From Polymyxa betae A26-41 (lineage: Eukaryota > Protista > Endomyxa: Phytomyxea), in assembly GCA_003693705.1 (NCBI GenBank), contig RBZT01000402.1:1-50146 (forward strand): a DNA stretch of 50,146 nucleotides, read 5' to 3'. The notes beneath the pieces are model-generated. The model was not told the DNA's origin, did not search any database, and worked only from the letters and a program-made list of their open reading frames with translations. Positions 23,801 through 37,051 of this stretch are shown piece after piece (positions within the stretch are counted from its first letter, which is position 1; each line of letters begins with the position of its first letter). The position numbers were made by a program, and so were the translations under genes.

Positions 23801-25925
23801 TCGCTCTCTTCCAGCTTTATCTCGTCTTTAAACTCTGCTCACGACCCTGCCTTGTCTTTGCCATCTCGTTCATCCCTAATTCCTAAATCGCTCGCAATCG
23901 TCGACCGTAACGTACCTAGTTCGCCTCTGCAACCTTACGTCGCTTTCCGTAACGATCGCCTTCGTGTTTGGCATCTGATCGAACGTCAACACGTTTCTCC
24001 ACGCGCTCACATCACCCTTCGTTTCTACACTGGACTTTGTTACTCGTCGCCACTGGCAGCTGTAACTTCTCGTCTGCTGATCATGCTATTGGAAGATGCC
24101 TTGGGTACGTACTTATATGAGGGCGAAGTCGCCGACTTATCGATCAACCTGCGGGCGACAAGACGATGCCTCGAGTTTCAGGGTGAAGGGTTTTCTGACC
24201 GATTGTTCGAGTTCGTGCTTCAAGTTCTCTGCCACCATTCCAAATCCTTGTACCAGATGGAGATTCAGCCCGACCGGTTTCTTCTCATCAAAGAACGCTT
24301 GCAGATTGCTTGGCGCTCTGCCTTCTTCTCGCCTTCTGACCAGGTCTGAGTTTTCTCTTTTGAATTTGCTTTCGTTTTCGTACCTTTTTTCTGAAGTTCT
24401 CCAAATGTTTTGATTACATGATCAAATTTTGCCGTATTTTTTCATTATTCCTTAAGTCAGACACTCCTATTCTCACATGGTAATCGTTATGATGCTTCTC
24501 TAACTGTTTATTAGCACTTACGAGCTTATTCGTTTCTTTTCAGTTGCTAATTCTTTCGAAACTAAATATCGTTTTTTAGGCCTCATATGAGCGTTTGCGG
24601 GTTCTGCAAACTCCTAAGTTCTCTATAGAATCACTTCGAGCTGCATTAGACGATACGACTTTAGACGATGTAAGCTCGACACTGGAAGCGATCCGGTCTT
24701 CTGCCTTTATCGAAGCTTTTCTTCACGGCAACGTCAGCGCTGTCAACGTCGATCAACTCGCGAAAGGGATTTGTGATGCTTGGGGGTCAAGGCCTACAGC
24801 ACCCTCTCCACAGACACAGCCGGCCGTACGTCTATTGCCGCCGGGGGCAATTGCAACCTGGGCCAGGCCGTCATTCAACCCTTTGGAGAACAATTCAGTT
24901 CACGTCTCATATTATCAGTTTGGGCCAGATACCCTCCGAGATCGGGTACTCCTGCGATTTCTACAACGTATCTCTTCCGAGAACTGTTTCGATAGCCTCA
25001 GGTATTACAATCTTCTTTTGGTGTTTTATTAGAATTGTATTTTGTCGGTTTTCTAGTGTTTTCTTTCATTGATTTACGTTTTCTGTTCTTCTCTCTATTG
25101 ATTGCTTCTTCTCTGACTTGATCGATTCGCGAATTTACTTTGGCCTGTGTATTTAAACTTTCCCGTTTGCTAACGCCCTTGTGTTTTTGAGAGTCATTCC
25201 CTACAATAACGCTCTCTCAGGACAAGATCACAATTGGGCTATTCAGTTAGTGTTCAATTTGTTAATACTGATAGTGTACTCGGCTTGACAATTGAGGTCA
25301 TCTCGGCATCGCATTCGCCAATCGACTGCGAAGCTGCGATTGAGGCCTGGATCACTGATGAACTTTACCCATTGATTCGCTCTATGACCGATGATGTGTT
25401 TGATAATCATATCGAAGGTTTCATCATGGACATCGAGGTCAGCTCAATTATTCTTCCCTTTTGCCGATTTTTAGATTTGTTGCTCTTTTGCAATGTTTGA
25501 CATTACCTGTTTGTGATCAACTTTGTCCTATTTATCTCTTTTTCATCGCGCTGTGCAAATATTTCGTTGGTCATACTTTCCCATTTTGTCTTCTTTCTCC
25601 ACATTACATTTATTCACCAAGGTTTTTCTAGACTCAAGATTACAACCTTGGCTCCAAACACGATCGTCTGTGGGACGAAATAGTTACTCACAACTACGTT
25701 TTCGACCGGATGGACGAGGAGATATCAGTGATTGAGGGCGTCGAGCGCAAGGATCTGCTGTCTATGATGGATCGGCTGTTCAAGACTGACAGGCGATCAA
25801 AGCTTTCCACGCATGTGCTGGGTTCAAAATCGACAGCGTCCCTGGATCAGATTTCGCTCAATGAATCAATCGAGCCTTTCCTCAAACTGCCACAAATTTC
25901 TCCAAAAATCGATCTACCCTACTAA
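20884..25925 (+). CDS. M16A metallopeptidase (insulysin/nardilysin-like), multi-exon
   Basis: KSVEDKRQYRRLRLRNGL, inverted zinc motif GLAHLLEH (exon 21183-21301), HGGWSNATT, DREVQAVESEF, GHPFQKFGWGN, IGDEGPGS, EPWFGTKF, LRTRSQLGYSV. Confidence 0.95.
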
Positions 25926-25965
25926 ATGTTTATTGCTTCATTACGTCATTGCTGATTTGTTCAAT

Positions 25966-26000
25966 GTTGCTTGAACAAGACAGTTGCTTGAACAAGACAG
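25966..26000. repeat. 17-nt tandem duplication (gttgcttgaacaagaca x2)
   Basis: Read directly. Confidence 0.85.
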
Positions 26001-26289
26001 TTTCTTTCCAATGAAAACAGAGGTTTCTTTGAGCCATGTTCTTGTCAATACTCTCGGTTTCGAATCGCATTCGGATGAATTTTATCGTCGTCTATGGAGA
26101 GATCTACTACATGAGTATCTTTGTGTAACTCGATGGCTATGAAATATTGAGAGTTAGGCTCTTCCTCCCATTGCGGATGGAATTCAAGTCCTTGACATAT
26201 TTTCTAGCGCGCTTATGCCAGTTAGGATTCAGTAAGGTTCGAAAACAGATCTGCTGCTCTCTATCAATAATATTCAGTGTCTTCACGTT

Positions 26290-27200
26290 GGCGATTTAAC
26301 CTAGAGAGATTTTATGCTACGATCATCAATCAGACTGCGGAAACTGCACATTGGATAATCGCTATTCATAAAAAACGCCTTTGTTCCTGTTCGTCTCGTT
26401 TTACCTGCTTCATATTGGCAAAATCCGCCTGTATCGTTCCGGCCCTGACTGTTTGGCTCACAGACGGGAGGGACGTGCTGGCCCATCGCGGTTATCAGTG
26501 CGATCATCCTCTATTTGACGTTCTGAAGCATCCGAGGACGGCAGGGAAGTCGCAGGACGAGTTTGCCTGGATCCGGGATCCGGCTTTCTGAATCAGCTCA
26601 TGCCGAGCGTACTCGATGTTGAAGATTCCATGACCTAATGATGGGTGTTTTCTATCATCGATCTCGCGAGCAGGGCTTCCTCCAGCTACGAGTCCATCCA
26701 GAATATCAGCAAAATTTGCGCTCTCGGGGCCTGGAAAACGCCACTTGTTAGCTGGCAGACTTTCCTCGACACGCCTGCGGTTCTGGAACGCCAAATGCGA
26801 GCGCGCATCGATTACAGCCCGTGTAGGCATCATACGATGTCGATATGACTTCAATATCGGCTCAGACGACACCCAACAACACCTCGACGACGTCATCAAT
26901 ACGCTGGCATCCGACAATATCCATCGGGCGTTCACCAATGTCCCTTCTTGCAACGAACATTTCAAGCTGTCGGTCTTCTCCTCTGAGCCAACGGGATCGT
27001 CATGACAAACGCAAACCCGTCGGGCTGGACTCAATCTCACAGCCGTGGCGGTTTCCGAGCCTTGTCCACGACTTCCGGGATTTCATCCCGGAGTCTTCCA
27101 TTCTCGCGGCCGCTTTGGAGAAGCTCTGCCTCGCGGCTGACATCACTGGCTCTACCTGATCCCATGAGGCCGCTAAGGCCCAGTATTCCAAGACCAAAAC
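26290..27200 (+). pseudogene. Decayed coding remnant, unidentified
   Basis: Protein-like pieces in shifting frames (HPLFDVLKHPRTAGKSQDEFAWIRD; QHLDDVINTLASDNIHRAF; DFIPESSILAAALEKLCLAAD). Strand not certain. Confidence 0.35.
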
Positions 27201-27223
27201 CATAAAACCCTAAACCCTAACCC
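27196..27223 (+). repeat. Interstitial telomere-like motif (aaaaccataaaaccctaaaccctaaccc)
   Basis: Read directly. Confidence 0.85.
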
Positions 27224-27253
27224 TTCGCATCCGGTTTTTCAGGAAAAATTTCC

Positions 27254-28480
27254 ATGTCTCTGGCGGGCTACTCGAACGACGTTCAGATAACTTCAGCAGC
27301 CGTCTCTGAGCCGTTTTCGCTACCACGGCCTTCACGCCGCCACCGTGAACTGGGGGCAAACGTCCTGTAATTCCGTCGATTCCATTATCAGAAATGGGAC
27401 AGCATTTCGTGCTATTCTCCTTCCATCGATCGCTTACATTTACGCAATTTTGTCGAGTACGATCCGGCATGGCCTCGGAGTTGTTGACATCAATGTCGCT
27501 CATCCGCCAGGACTCTATCCGGACCGATTAAAACTCCACGTTGTCAATTCACCCGGCCGTCTCACAGATTTTGCCGCTCCAACGTCCAATCGTTATCATG
27601 TGACGAACGGCAGAGAGATATGGAGCTAAATCCTCGCAACATTATCCACCCAGAACTGTTTCGGAAAACGGCGGCCCCGAGTGCCGCGCTGATGTCGAAT
27701 TCTTCCTCAAAAGCAACGTTCCTGCCAACGTTACACAATCGTTGGTCGCTGATGTTACCCACGAAGTCCCATTACTGTTTCGGACTTTATGGACCAAATC
27801 GCAGTCGAGATCGGCTTTTCCGACAAGCCACACGGGTGCTCTTAGTCGCCGTTTGCGCATTCACCCGGTTCGTGCTAGCCTTCGTTACCGGACAAGTCCG
27901 CCAAAAATTCCGTGATGTCCGCGCTCTGAAGATTCGCCTATTTCGGGTTTCCCGCAGGCGGATGATGGTTCTGAATCCGTACTCGGACCCATAACGGACC
28001 AATGCAGCATCGATCATCGCTTTGTAGGGATGGTCCGCAGCAGGCTTCAAAGCTGGAGCGGTTTTGTCTTCTAGGCGGGCGCGCCTCCAGGCCCGCCTGC
28101 CACAATAATACGCCGTACTGTATTAGAGCAACTGCATTTTGAGTTCACGGAGATCCATTTCTACAACCTTACCTCCGGAGTCTCCGGCATTCCGCATGAC
28201 CAAATTGTTTTGCAGCAACCGACTTTCGGAACTAATTGCTCAACGGCCCATTCCATATCCAGCAGAACAGCATCAATTGCACGATCCGATTTGTCGTTTT
28301 CCGATTGCAGCGTGAAATATTCCGTCATACATTTGACTTCTGGTGAGAACTGGAGGGCGCCGAATCCCCGAATGACTCTATGGCATTGCGAAAGCAGTTT
28401 CAAGCATATAGTTAAGACGTCAACTCGCTCATTACGAAGCGATGCGTAAAATCGTCAGCACCACTCAATCTGAAATAAGT
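27254..28480. pseudogene. Decayed coding remnant downstream of the telomere-like motif
   Basis: ATG at 27254 and frameshifted protein-like pieces (ADVEFFLKSNVPANVTQSLVADVTHEVPLLFRTLW; TVLEQLHFEFTEIHFYNLT). Minus-strand reading is also possible. Confidence 0.3.
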
Positions 28481-29682
28481 TCGTTTGCAGTTTCATCTTG
28501 TCGTCGAAATCGGGCTAGCTGAGTCCTGATCGGATTAAATTATTCGTTTAAAATAAATTATATTTTGATTTATTCCAAACAAGCATGGCGCGACAGGGCG
28601 TAAGACGAGACAAAGAGTCATGGATTGAATTCGACGAGTTTGTCGGTATGAACGGGCGGTGCAATCACAACTTCACAAGGCCTGAAGTACTCCGGCTCTT
28701 TGCTCTAGTTCTCAGGAGCTCCTATGAAACCCTAATTAAAACCCTACATAAAAAGATAAAGAAACAAAAAAATTAAAAAACAAGTGCAGTGTTTTATTGT
28801 GAAGTTGATGAAATAAAGATCAAACATAAAATTCCAACTTGTATTTCACCCATATAATACTGCTGCTCATCAGGTGATGACTTTTATTTCGATTTCTGAT
28901 GGTCTGGTTAGTGATTGCATCATATTCGAGCTTTTTCGTCAGCTTGCGGAAGAGTTCGCGACGAATTTGCCTGGCGGGAGACAGGACTACGTCGTTATTT
29001 GGAACAAGCCAGCCATTCCATGAAGATTTGAAGTCTTCAGCCTTGCATTCGTCCAACATTCATTCCGTTTTGAGCCTTAAATACTTTCGCTTTGGCCTGA
29101 ATAAGCTTGTCTGTGTCTCTAAGAAATTTATCATTCTCCTCTATGCATTTGATTCAATTTTTCATAGATTCATACATCCTTTTCCGACCAACGACATCAG
29201 ATATAAAACCTGTCCGGGTTTGGATGTTACGGTTATGAATTGAGTTATCATTAACTTCCCCTCTTGTTTAACCCAATCCTGAATGAAGATGAGAAGAAAT
29301 GTTTTGTTCAAAGCTTCTTATAGTTTGTCATAACGGTTAACAATATGGGTTTTGAAGCGTAGGACGACAACTCCGATCACAATTAGGGGAGATATCAGAG
29401 CTGCCTAAGAGTGGCCAGCGACGACAGGACTTAGAGATAAGGTCACAAACAGAAACTGTCAACAAAATCATTGATTTCGGACTCTCGTACTAGGCCAATC
29501 TGCAAACACAAGTTTAACTGGTGCAGGACCCGGAGCCCTCAGCGACCAAAAAGGGGACCCTTTTCAGAGAACGATCCATTTTCGGAATCATTTTCCACGA
29601 TCAAAGAGGCGAGGCCGCGCGGCCGACGCCTCTCCCACTGTTCACGCCACGCCCTATCATCGACATTTCTGCATTGTCTTGG

Positions 29683-32600
29683 ATGGAGACGCCTGTCGTC
29701 GAGCGACCAAATAGACGCCGTAATCGACGACCTCCGGCTACAGAATCAGTTGAGGCACAGCTTGCGCCTGCCGTCGCTTCGAATGGTAGACGTCGCAGAC
29801 CTCGGCGTCGGCCGGTGCTTGCGGCTCCCGATCAGCGGCCACCCCAGGCGGTCCAGAATGAATCGCAACCGCCATCATCACATCGGCGACGTCGCCGATA
29901 TGTTCGAAAAGCCGCCGAAAACCATTCATTACCTGCAGGTCATGACGCGACAGTCCCTCGAATATCTCAGGAAACTGAAGAGGTTCTATTTTTCTTGTTT
30001 GGATTTTAAAACTTTTCTCTTTCGTTTTAGATTCAAAGTCTACCCTGCATCATCTTAATCAATTGTTTTATATCTGATGCTTCCAAAGTCCTAATATTTT
30101 CTTCTTTAATCTGCACTCGTTATCTGCTCTACGCCCGGTTCTGTACTGAAAATCATTAGGGTGGACGCTTCGAAGAGATGACGAAACAACTTAATGAAGG
30201 CTCGTATCAGTGCATGATTTGCATCGATGGCATCGCTCGCGCTGTCGCTGTATATGCCTGTCCTTCATGCACTGTTGTATTCCATCTGGAATGCGCTAAA
30301 CGCTGGGGGCAAAGTCAGTCAAGCTCCACCAACGGCAAGATTCGATCATGGCGATGTCCCAACTGCCAATTCGTCGCAACCAAACGCGTTCCAACCCGTT
30401 ATTTGTGCTTTTGCGGGCAAAGTGCACATCCAGTATGTCATTTTTGGAAAGTTTTCGCTTCGTCCTTCATTTGCTGTCTATAAGTTTTTGTTTTTCTCTG
30501 TCAAGAGCAGGGATTCTCATTCTCTCTTGATTGCTTTATGACCTCTTTTATCTTTATTTTTTTATTGTGTTTCAGCTGCACCCATGATGCATTTAGAGCC
30601 CTCCAGATCATCCCTTTTCGCTGACATTGTCTTAGCCAGTCGATTCTAACCTTCCTGCTCACTCTTGTGGAGGCGTTTGTGGACGAAAGTCCTGTCCTCA
30701 TCCCTGTACACTGCTGTGTCATGCAGGACCATGCCCAGACTGTGCCGCTGTCGTGGCTGTTAAATGTGGATGTGGTCGCACAAAGACTGACGTACGATGC
30801 CATCATCGAGCCGAACCTGTCCTTTGCTCGTCCAATTGCCGACGGCTTTTACCATGCAAACGCCATACCTGGTAAGGTTCCTTTTGTTTTCTGTTTCTTG
30901 CTTGCTCTCGAACTTTGTTCTTTGATGTCCTTCATTTGAGGTCTTTCTCTTCAATCTTTGAAGCTTTTCTTTGTAAATTTGTCTTTGCGCTAAATTATTG
31001 CAATTGTGTTTTGATCAATTTCAATTTTTCTGATTTTTTTTGTGTTTGTGCTTCAACCATTCTCTCAAGTTTGTCCCCAGTCGTTTACCCTGTCACATTG
31101 GCCCTTGCGCTCCTTGCGACGTCTCCTACAATATTACGTGTTTTTGCGGCCAGACATCGGCTTCCAAACTCTGTGCCGACGCCACCCTACAGAAGCAGTC
31201 CGGGCGTCTGACATTCTCCTGCGGAAAGCCCTGCTCTAAACCTCTTGATTGCGGATTTCACACCTGTCGTCTGGAGTGTCATGCTGGCCCGTGTTTATCA
31301 TGTTCACGAGCTGTTGTCGATCCACAGCCATGCGCTTGTGGCCTGACAACGTTCCCAGGCGCACGCGCGAACTGTACCGACCCGCTGCCTGTTTGCGAGG
31401 CGTTCTGTGGCAGGAAATTCGAATGTGGTCATACCTGCCCACAGCCATGCCACGATTCGGATTGCAGTCCGTGCAGTGAATCGGTCGTCACGCTCTGTCG
31501 ATGTGGTCTGGTCCCGATTACAATGTCGTGTTCTGAATATCGCTCACGTATGTTAATTTTGAAAGCATATTTTTGGGGCCAGGTTGCTAAGTTTATTAAT
31601 TAGGGGATGAGGATTCTGTGGTCTGCGAAACCCTTTGTAAAAAACTGATGCGATGCGGGCGGCATCGGTGTCGGGAGCGATGCTGCCCCCGATCTGAGCA
31701 CACATGCCTAGAGCAATGTAATAAATTGCTTAACTGCGGTCTTCATCAATGCGATCTTCAGTGTCATGTTGACGTTTGCCCGGTATGTTAACAGCTTTAA
31801 GTTTTCTTCTCGATTTGTAACTGCAAGATATTCTTCCATTTTCCCTTAGATTTTTTGGTGTTTACTTTATCTTGTATTTTTTTTCGTCTTGACAGATTGT
31901 GTGTTTTTAAGTTTGTGTAACAGCCTTGCGGGCGGCCTATAACCGGTGGTCTGTCATGTGCTTGCGGCAGCACGCGAATTCGTGGTCCCGTTCCTTGCGG
32001 AACACCCCCCCCAGATTGCCAACTTCCATGTCGGCGTACAGATCGTGACTGTTCTCATCCATGCCGATACGTCTGCCATCCGGGATCTTGTCCTAAATGT
32101 ATGATACTTGTGAAAAGGCAAGTTATGTGTTTTCGATGTTGCATTTGATTCACTCAGCTGGTTTTTGTTAGGTTGTGCGCTGGTCATCACCTCGTGCTTC
32201 CGGCGATAGCTTGTTCTTCGCCCCCGACAGGCTGTGGGCGAACGTGTGGCCGCTCACAACCTTGTGGTCGTCATATCTGCACGAAACCTTGCCATGTCCA
32301 TGACGATGACCAATCGGTACCCCTTGATTGCTTCGACAACTGTTTTTTTATTTTTTCAGTTTGCGGTTTGATTTTTTATTTGATTGTTTCTAACACGGCT
32401 GAAATTGCATTTTTATTTACATTCTGCCGGGCTCCGATTACCTTTACCTTTCAGCTCATCTCCGCTTTGCTCTGTAGTGGTTTGTATTAAATGCTGCTAG
32501 TGTCAGGAGAAATGCAATCTAACACGGTCATGCGGGCATCCTTGCGTTGCTATCTGCCACGGTTTGGATCTATGCCCGCTTCAGCCTTGCAAGCAGGTCG

Positions 32601-33872
32601 TAACGGTTTCCTGTCCTTGCGGCCGTAAAACAAAGCAGCGCCTGTGCAACCTTGTGGTATGCTCTTTTTCACCTTTATTTGTTTTTGAAAAGCGTTTTGC
32701 CTCAGAGTATCTGCTTTTTTGCATTCATTTAGGTCGCTGCTAACATGTTGCATCAGACTACTGGCGGCTCGGATCCGTTGGTTTGCGACGATCAATGTGA
32801 AGTCAATCAGCGGAATTGCAGATTTGCTGCGGCTTTACAAGTTGGACCCTCCTCGTTATCAAAACGCCGAGCTGTACCCTGGACTTCCCATGCTCTAGAT
32901 CTGGCGGCTACTGATTTGAGATTTGTAGAGCGTTTAGAAAGTATGACTTTTTAACTTTCTATTGCATTCCACTTTTTGTGATGTTTTCACAAATTTTTTG
33001 GTGTTGCTATCCTTTTCTTTTTGTTTATTCCGTGGTTTCCTTCTTCTGAACTCTTTTTTCTTTTTGACTTTATATAAATCTGACTGCGGCTTGTACAGAA
33101 CGCATCTCCGATTTTGTCCTAGACCCAGAACGTCCCCAGACGCTCTATCTGGAATCAGTATCTCCATCACGGCTCCAGTTGGTGCGACACATCGCGTTGC
33201 AATACGGCCTGATATCAGAAGTTTATGGTGCCTCCCAAGGCGGTGCTGGCTCGGAGCGCCAAGTTCGGCTGCTTCGACAGGGTGGAGGTATATTCACGAC
33301 TTTTGGTTCATCCTTTCAGCATTCTGACGACTTTTGCAGCTTCATCAGTTCCACCTTCCAATATGTTGCTCTCGGCTGTGGTTCAGGTTTACATGCAATC
33401 ACCGGATTCTCTTATTCCAAAGGTCAAGCATTTATTGGCGTTCTTTTTAACTCTGTCGCTAACTTTGCTTCAGGTTGCCTCTATGGTCGTGGATAAGCTA
33501 CCGGTAGTCCAGCTTCACGGTCTGGTCGACTGTGGCCCTGCTCAGATACGGCGGCTCGTGTCTCATTGGCGTCATGCATATCCAGTCGCAACTCGCTGGG
33601 TCGATTCTACGTCCGTCATCATCTGCTGTGATAGCTTGGTCGATTTGAGGACATCGCTAGCGGAATTAGATGAAGCCGGCGTTGTGTATGATCGCGTTTC
33701 TGTTCCGAATCAGATCGTGTACGATCAAATCCGACCCACCACAGCATCGACGAACACAACCACATCTGTCAGAAAATCAAAACCGACCTCAGCTGTCACG
33801 ACGCAGCGCCGAGGTAACATATGGGACGCTCTCGAAGATGATGTTAAGCTTCGTGAACATTGGGATCAATGA
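29683..33872 (+). CDS. NFX1: NFX1-type zinc finger protein (RING/PHD, NF-X1 Cys repeats, R3H-like), multi-exon
   Basis: CMICIDGI..ACPSCTVVFHLECAKRW..WRCPNC..YLCFCG; repeated CG.H.C...CH.GPC..C; LVCDDQCEVNQRNCRFAAAL; RLQLVRHIALQYGLISE. Exons splice in phase. NFX1 vs NFXL1 not resolved. Confidence 0.92.
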
Positions 33873-34011
33873 TTTCAGTGTTTTCGCACACACACATTGA
33901 TTTACAATTGATATGTTCTTGTTATTTGTATTAAAGCATGTGATGGAGTCGGTATATCAAATCGACGGTATATTGGCGCAGCAATTCGTAGTTCAGCTTA
34001 TCACAATTCGT

Positions 34012-35375
34012 TCAGAATGACGATAGAAGATGACGCAGCATGCCCATGAACGCAGCACTGCAACTGGCAGTCGTCACGAAGCCAGCTGGAGAGATGTACT
34101 TCACTGCATCAGGAGCGATCTCCGTTCCGACCAGATAGAACATGGCGCCAGCAGCAGCACCCAGACCGAATGGAAGCAGGGCTTTAGTATTGTCAGTTCG
34201 AGAACTTCTGAAACGAGAAAAATCCTCATAAATCAAATTTGAATCCCGACGGTCGAAAATCGGTTTGAAATCACATCCATCAATCTCGAAAACCTGACAC
34301 GAATGCATATAGGTTTTGGCAGTACCGTTGAAATCCTGAACCAGAGCAAAGAAAGGTAATGCGACGATAGGCTGAGGGAGTGATGATGTCACCGCTAGAA
34401 CAGAAGCACGTAGGAGCGATTCGCCGCGAGGAACGAGCGACAGAGCGATAATGGCGCCTTCGGCGATATTATGGAGCCCGATGGATAGAGCGATGAAGGG
34501 ACCCAGTGTTCGATCGGCATCGTCGGAGAAAGAGACTCCAATTCCCATGCCTGGTGAGAAATCAATCTATATCATGTCCTACATGAAAGGCATGGAGATG
34601 TCAGCCAAAATGAAAAGAGATCTCCAGCGAAAAAAAAGAGATCTCCAGCGGAAAAAACTTCAACGATTTGAAGGAAATCGTGGAGAAGAAGAGAACATAT
34701 TGGTACCTTCAGCAAACGAATGCAGAGTCATGACGATAAGAATCAGTATGGCCTGACGATGATCGGCGCCTTTCCAATCCCCTGCCTTGAAATATTACAA
34801 CTGATTGCAGCCTAGACGTACAGCCAGCATCTCCTACCTATTGAGACATCCAGCGTTCGGACTACAGAATCGGTTAAGGCCACCAGCATACAGCCTGCTA
34901 CAAAACCGATCATGCAAGTCGTGGTCGCCGACGATGTCACTTGCGATCTCACACCTTCTAGCAGTAGATCTACAAAAAGACCATTTTCACAACGTGTTCT
35001 TCAAGAAGCACCAAAAACGTTTTCTCGACAAAAGTCCAAAGAACGAATTCGAAATGTTCACGTCTACATACCGAGACTAGCGAAGGCCATGGCGCCGGCC
35101 GTAATCGCACCAGCCTGTCCCATGATCATATTCCGATTGCTGGCATCAATACGTGGGAGCCAGGCCAGCGGCACACATCCAATTCCGGTCATTAAGGCTC
35201 CCAATGTCGTATAGATCATGACGGCGAACGCCCTGCTATGCACAAGTGCCACTCCATGATCCACGACAAGGCTACCGGCGACAGCGAAGGCAACGACGGC
35301 GCAGGCCCCGATCAGCCAAAGCGACACGCGCGGTGGTCGCGGCGATTTCGCCGCTTTCACAATCGGCGACTGCAT
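34012..35375 (-). CDS. ZIP-family metal transporter (ZIP11/GufA-like), multi-exon
   Basis: IVMTLHSFAEG/MGIGVSF, IALSIGLHNIAEG, SSLPQP, GAAAGAMFYLVGTEIAPDA; multiple TM helices. Confidence 0.93.
34613..34650. repeat. 21-nt-period tandem duplication in a ZIP intron (aaaagagatctccagcg)
   Basis: Read directly. Confidence 0.8.
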
Positions 35376-36264
35376 TGCCGATGTCAATCAGGTGAACGGC
35401 GATTGTCTGTGACGAACGGTGGGAGTCGACTGACGGGGAACTCGACAGCCATTTTCATTGTCAAACTCTAACCCTAACCTCGTATGTTCAACTTTTCTGA
35501 TCTGGCAATCTCAAAACAGACTGTATCAATCGCCTAATGGGATTCATTCTGCGGTGGCTGCGAGAAGTCAGATTAGGACAGGAATGGCTGCATCTGATGC
35601 AGGCAATTCTGGTCTTCAAGATGAGTCATGGCTGTTTGAGCGATCGATTGTTTCTTGTTCTTGTTTACGACCAGCACAAGCCTTTCCAACACTTAGGCGA
35701 TTTCAAACAGGGCAATGGCCTTGTACGCCTTTAACGTGCATTGTTAAATCATGCCTTCGAGATGGCTGGCTGCCCTTTCTGAGACGATAGCCTCCTGTCT
35801 GACAAATATTCAGATTGTATTCATTGCATAAGTCCTACAAACTTTGAATTTGTAAATGTAATTTTTAGCAATTCTAACGTAGAAAATATTCTATCCGAAC
35901 TCGATTTATTCGCTTCTTACTCCGCTCAGAGTACCGAAACGCCTAGCTGGAATTCATAACGTGAATAATTCTGTCTGATTTGGTCGCTCTAAGCAAACTC
36001 GAATGTTTTAGGTGAGCCATACGTGTAACATAGATGTACAATTAGATTTAATGACTAGAGATATATGTAGCATCGATGTAAGATTATGTAGGTTAACTAG
36101 AGAGATTAAATAGGTTATGTGCAGCATGCAGTAAGTAGGGTAAGGTAGGATATGGAAAATTAACAGAGGATATGGTGGATATAGTAGGTAGAAAACACAG
36201 AGAGATAAAGCAATACATGACAGCAGCGTTACGTTACAGGCTGGACTGGCCATCATGTCACGTT

Positions 36265-36690
36265 TCAGGCAGACTGCGACGATACTGACTCGGTGGTCGA
36301 TTCGAACCCGGGCAAGGCGTGCTGTTTCACCAGATGACGTTTCAGGTTGTAGCGTAGGCTGAAGGGCTGCGCGCAGATGTGACACGCGTAACGTTTCGCG
36401 CCAGTATGGACCAGCTGGTGCCGGTTCAGATTGGATTTGCGCGTGAATTTCGTGTCACAGATGGAGCAGGTATAAAGAGTCGGGGCGGACGTGGGGGCCC
36501 CACCTGGGGTCTTCTGGGGTGGCAGACTCCGCACCGGTGTGGCGATCAACACGGGAACTGGAGGCGTCGGGGCCTTCGGCATGGCCGTGGCGTTACAGTT
36601 CGAGGGAGGTGGCGCTACGCAGCGGAATGCGGACCGAGACAGGCAGTGCTGGCAGTGGCACGGTTGCGGAGCCATCGGCTGTTGCTGCAT
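36265..36690 (-). CDS. C2H2 zinc-finger transcription factor (2 fingers)
   Basis: YTCSICDTKFTRKSNLNRHQLVH-TGAKRY-ACHICAQPFSLRYNLKRHLVKQH; Pro/Gln-rich N-terminus; TATA-like tatttaa ~60 nt upstream. Confidence 0.9.
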   Translation of the reverse strand: MQQQPMAPQPCHCQHCLSRSAFRCVAPPPSNCNATAMPKAPTPPVPVLIATPVRSLPPQKTPGGAPTSAPTLYTCSICDTKFTRKSNLNRHQLVHTGAKRYACHICAQPFSLRYNLKRHLVKQHALPGFESTTESVSSQSA

Positions 36691-37051
36691 GTAACGTGGA
36701 GCGGCTGTGGAGTCTTGCGGCAGTAACGTGGGAGAGCGCGGACGCGATTAAATACGAGAGACGGGGGTGTTACTGCTGCTGCGCGCGCTCGGCGAATAAT
36801 AGAAATAAGGTTCAGTAACGTTGCAAGGAGTCATGAGATAATGATGCAGCAATGACTCAACTTGTAACGACCAATTCTGCGTGACTCATCTCAGGATCGC
36901 CCATCCTATCATGGTCTGCATCCAATCACGTTACATAGGGGGCTTGGGCGGGCCTGTCCTTCGTGACCCATCTACGTTACAGAGAACCCTGGTTACGTTA
37001 CACAACGTTAGTGTTGACCGTGTATGTGTTTTTTACAAGACGGGCTCAGTA

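Noticed and set aside
28800-29400. Possible transposon-derived remnant on the minus strand
   Set aside because: No diagnostic transposase or integrase motif recognised.
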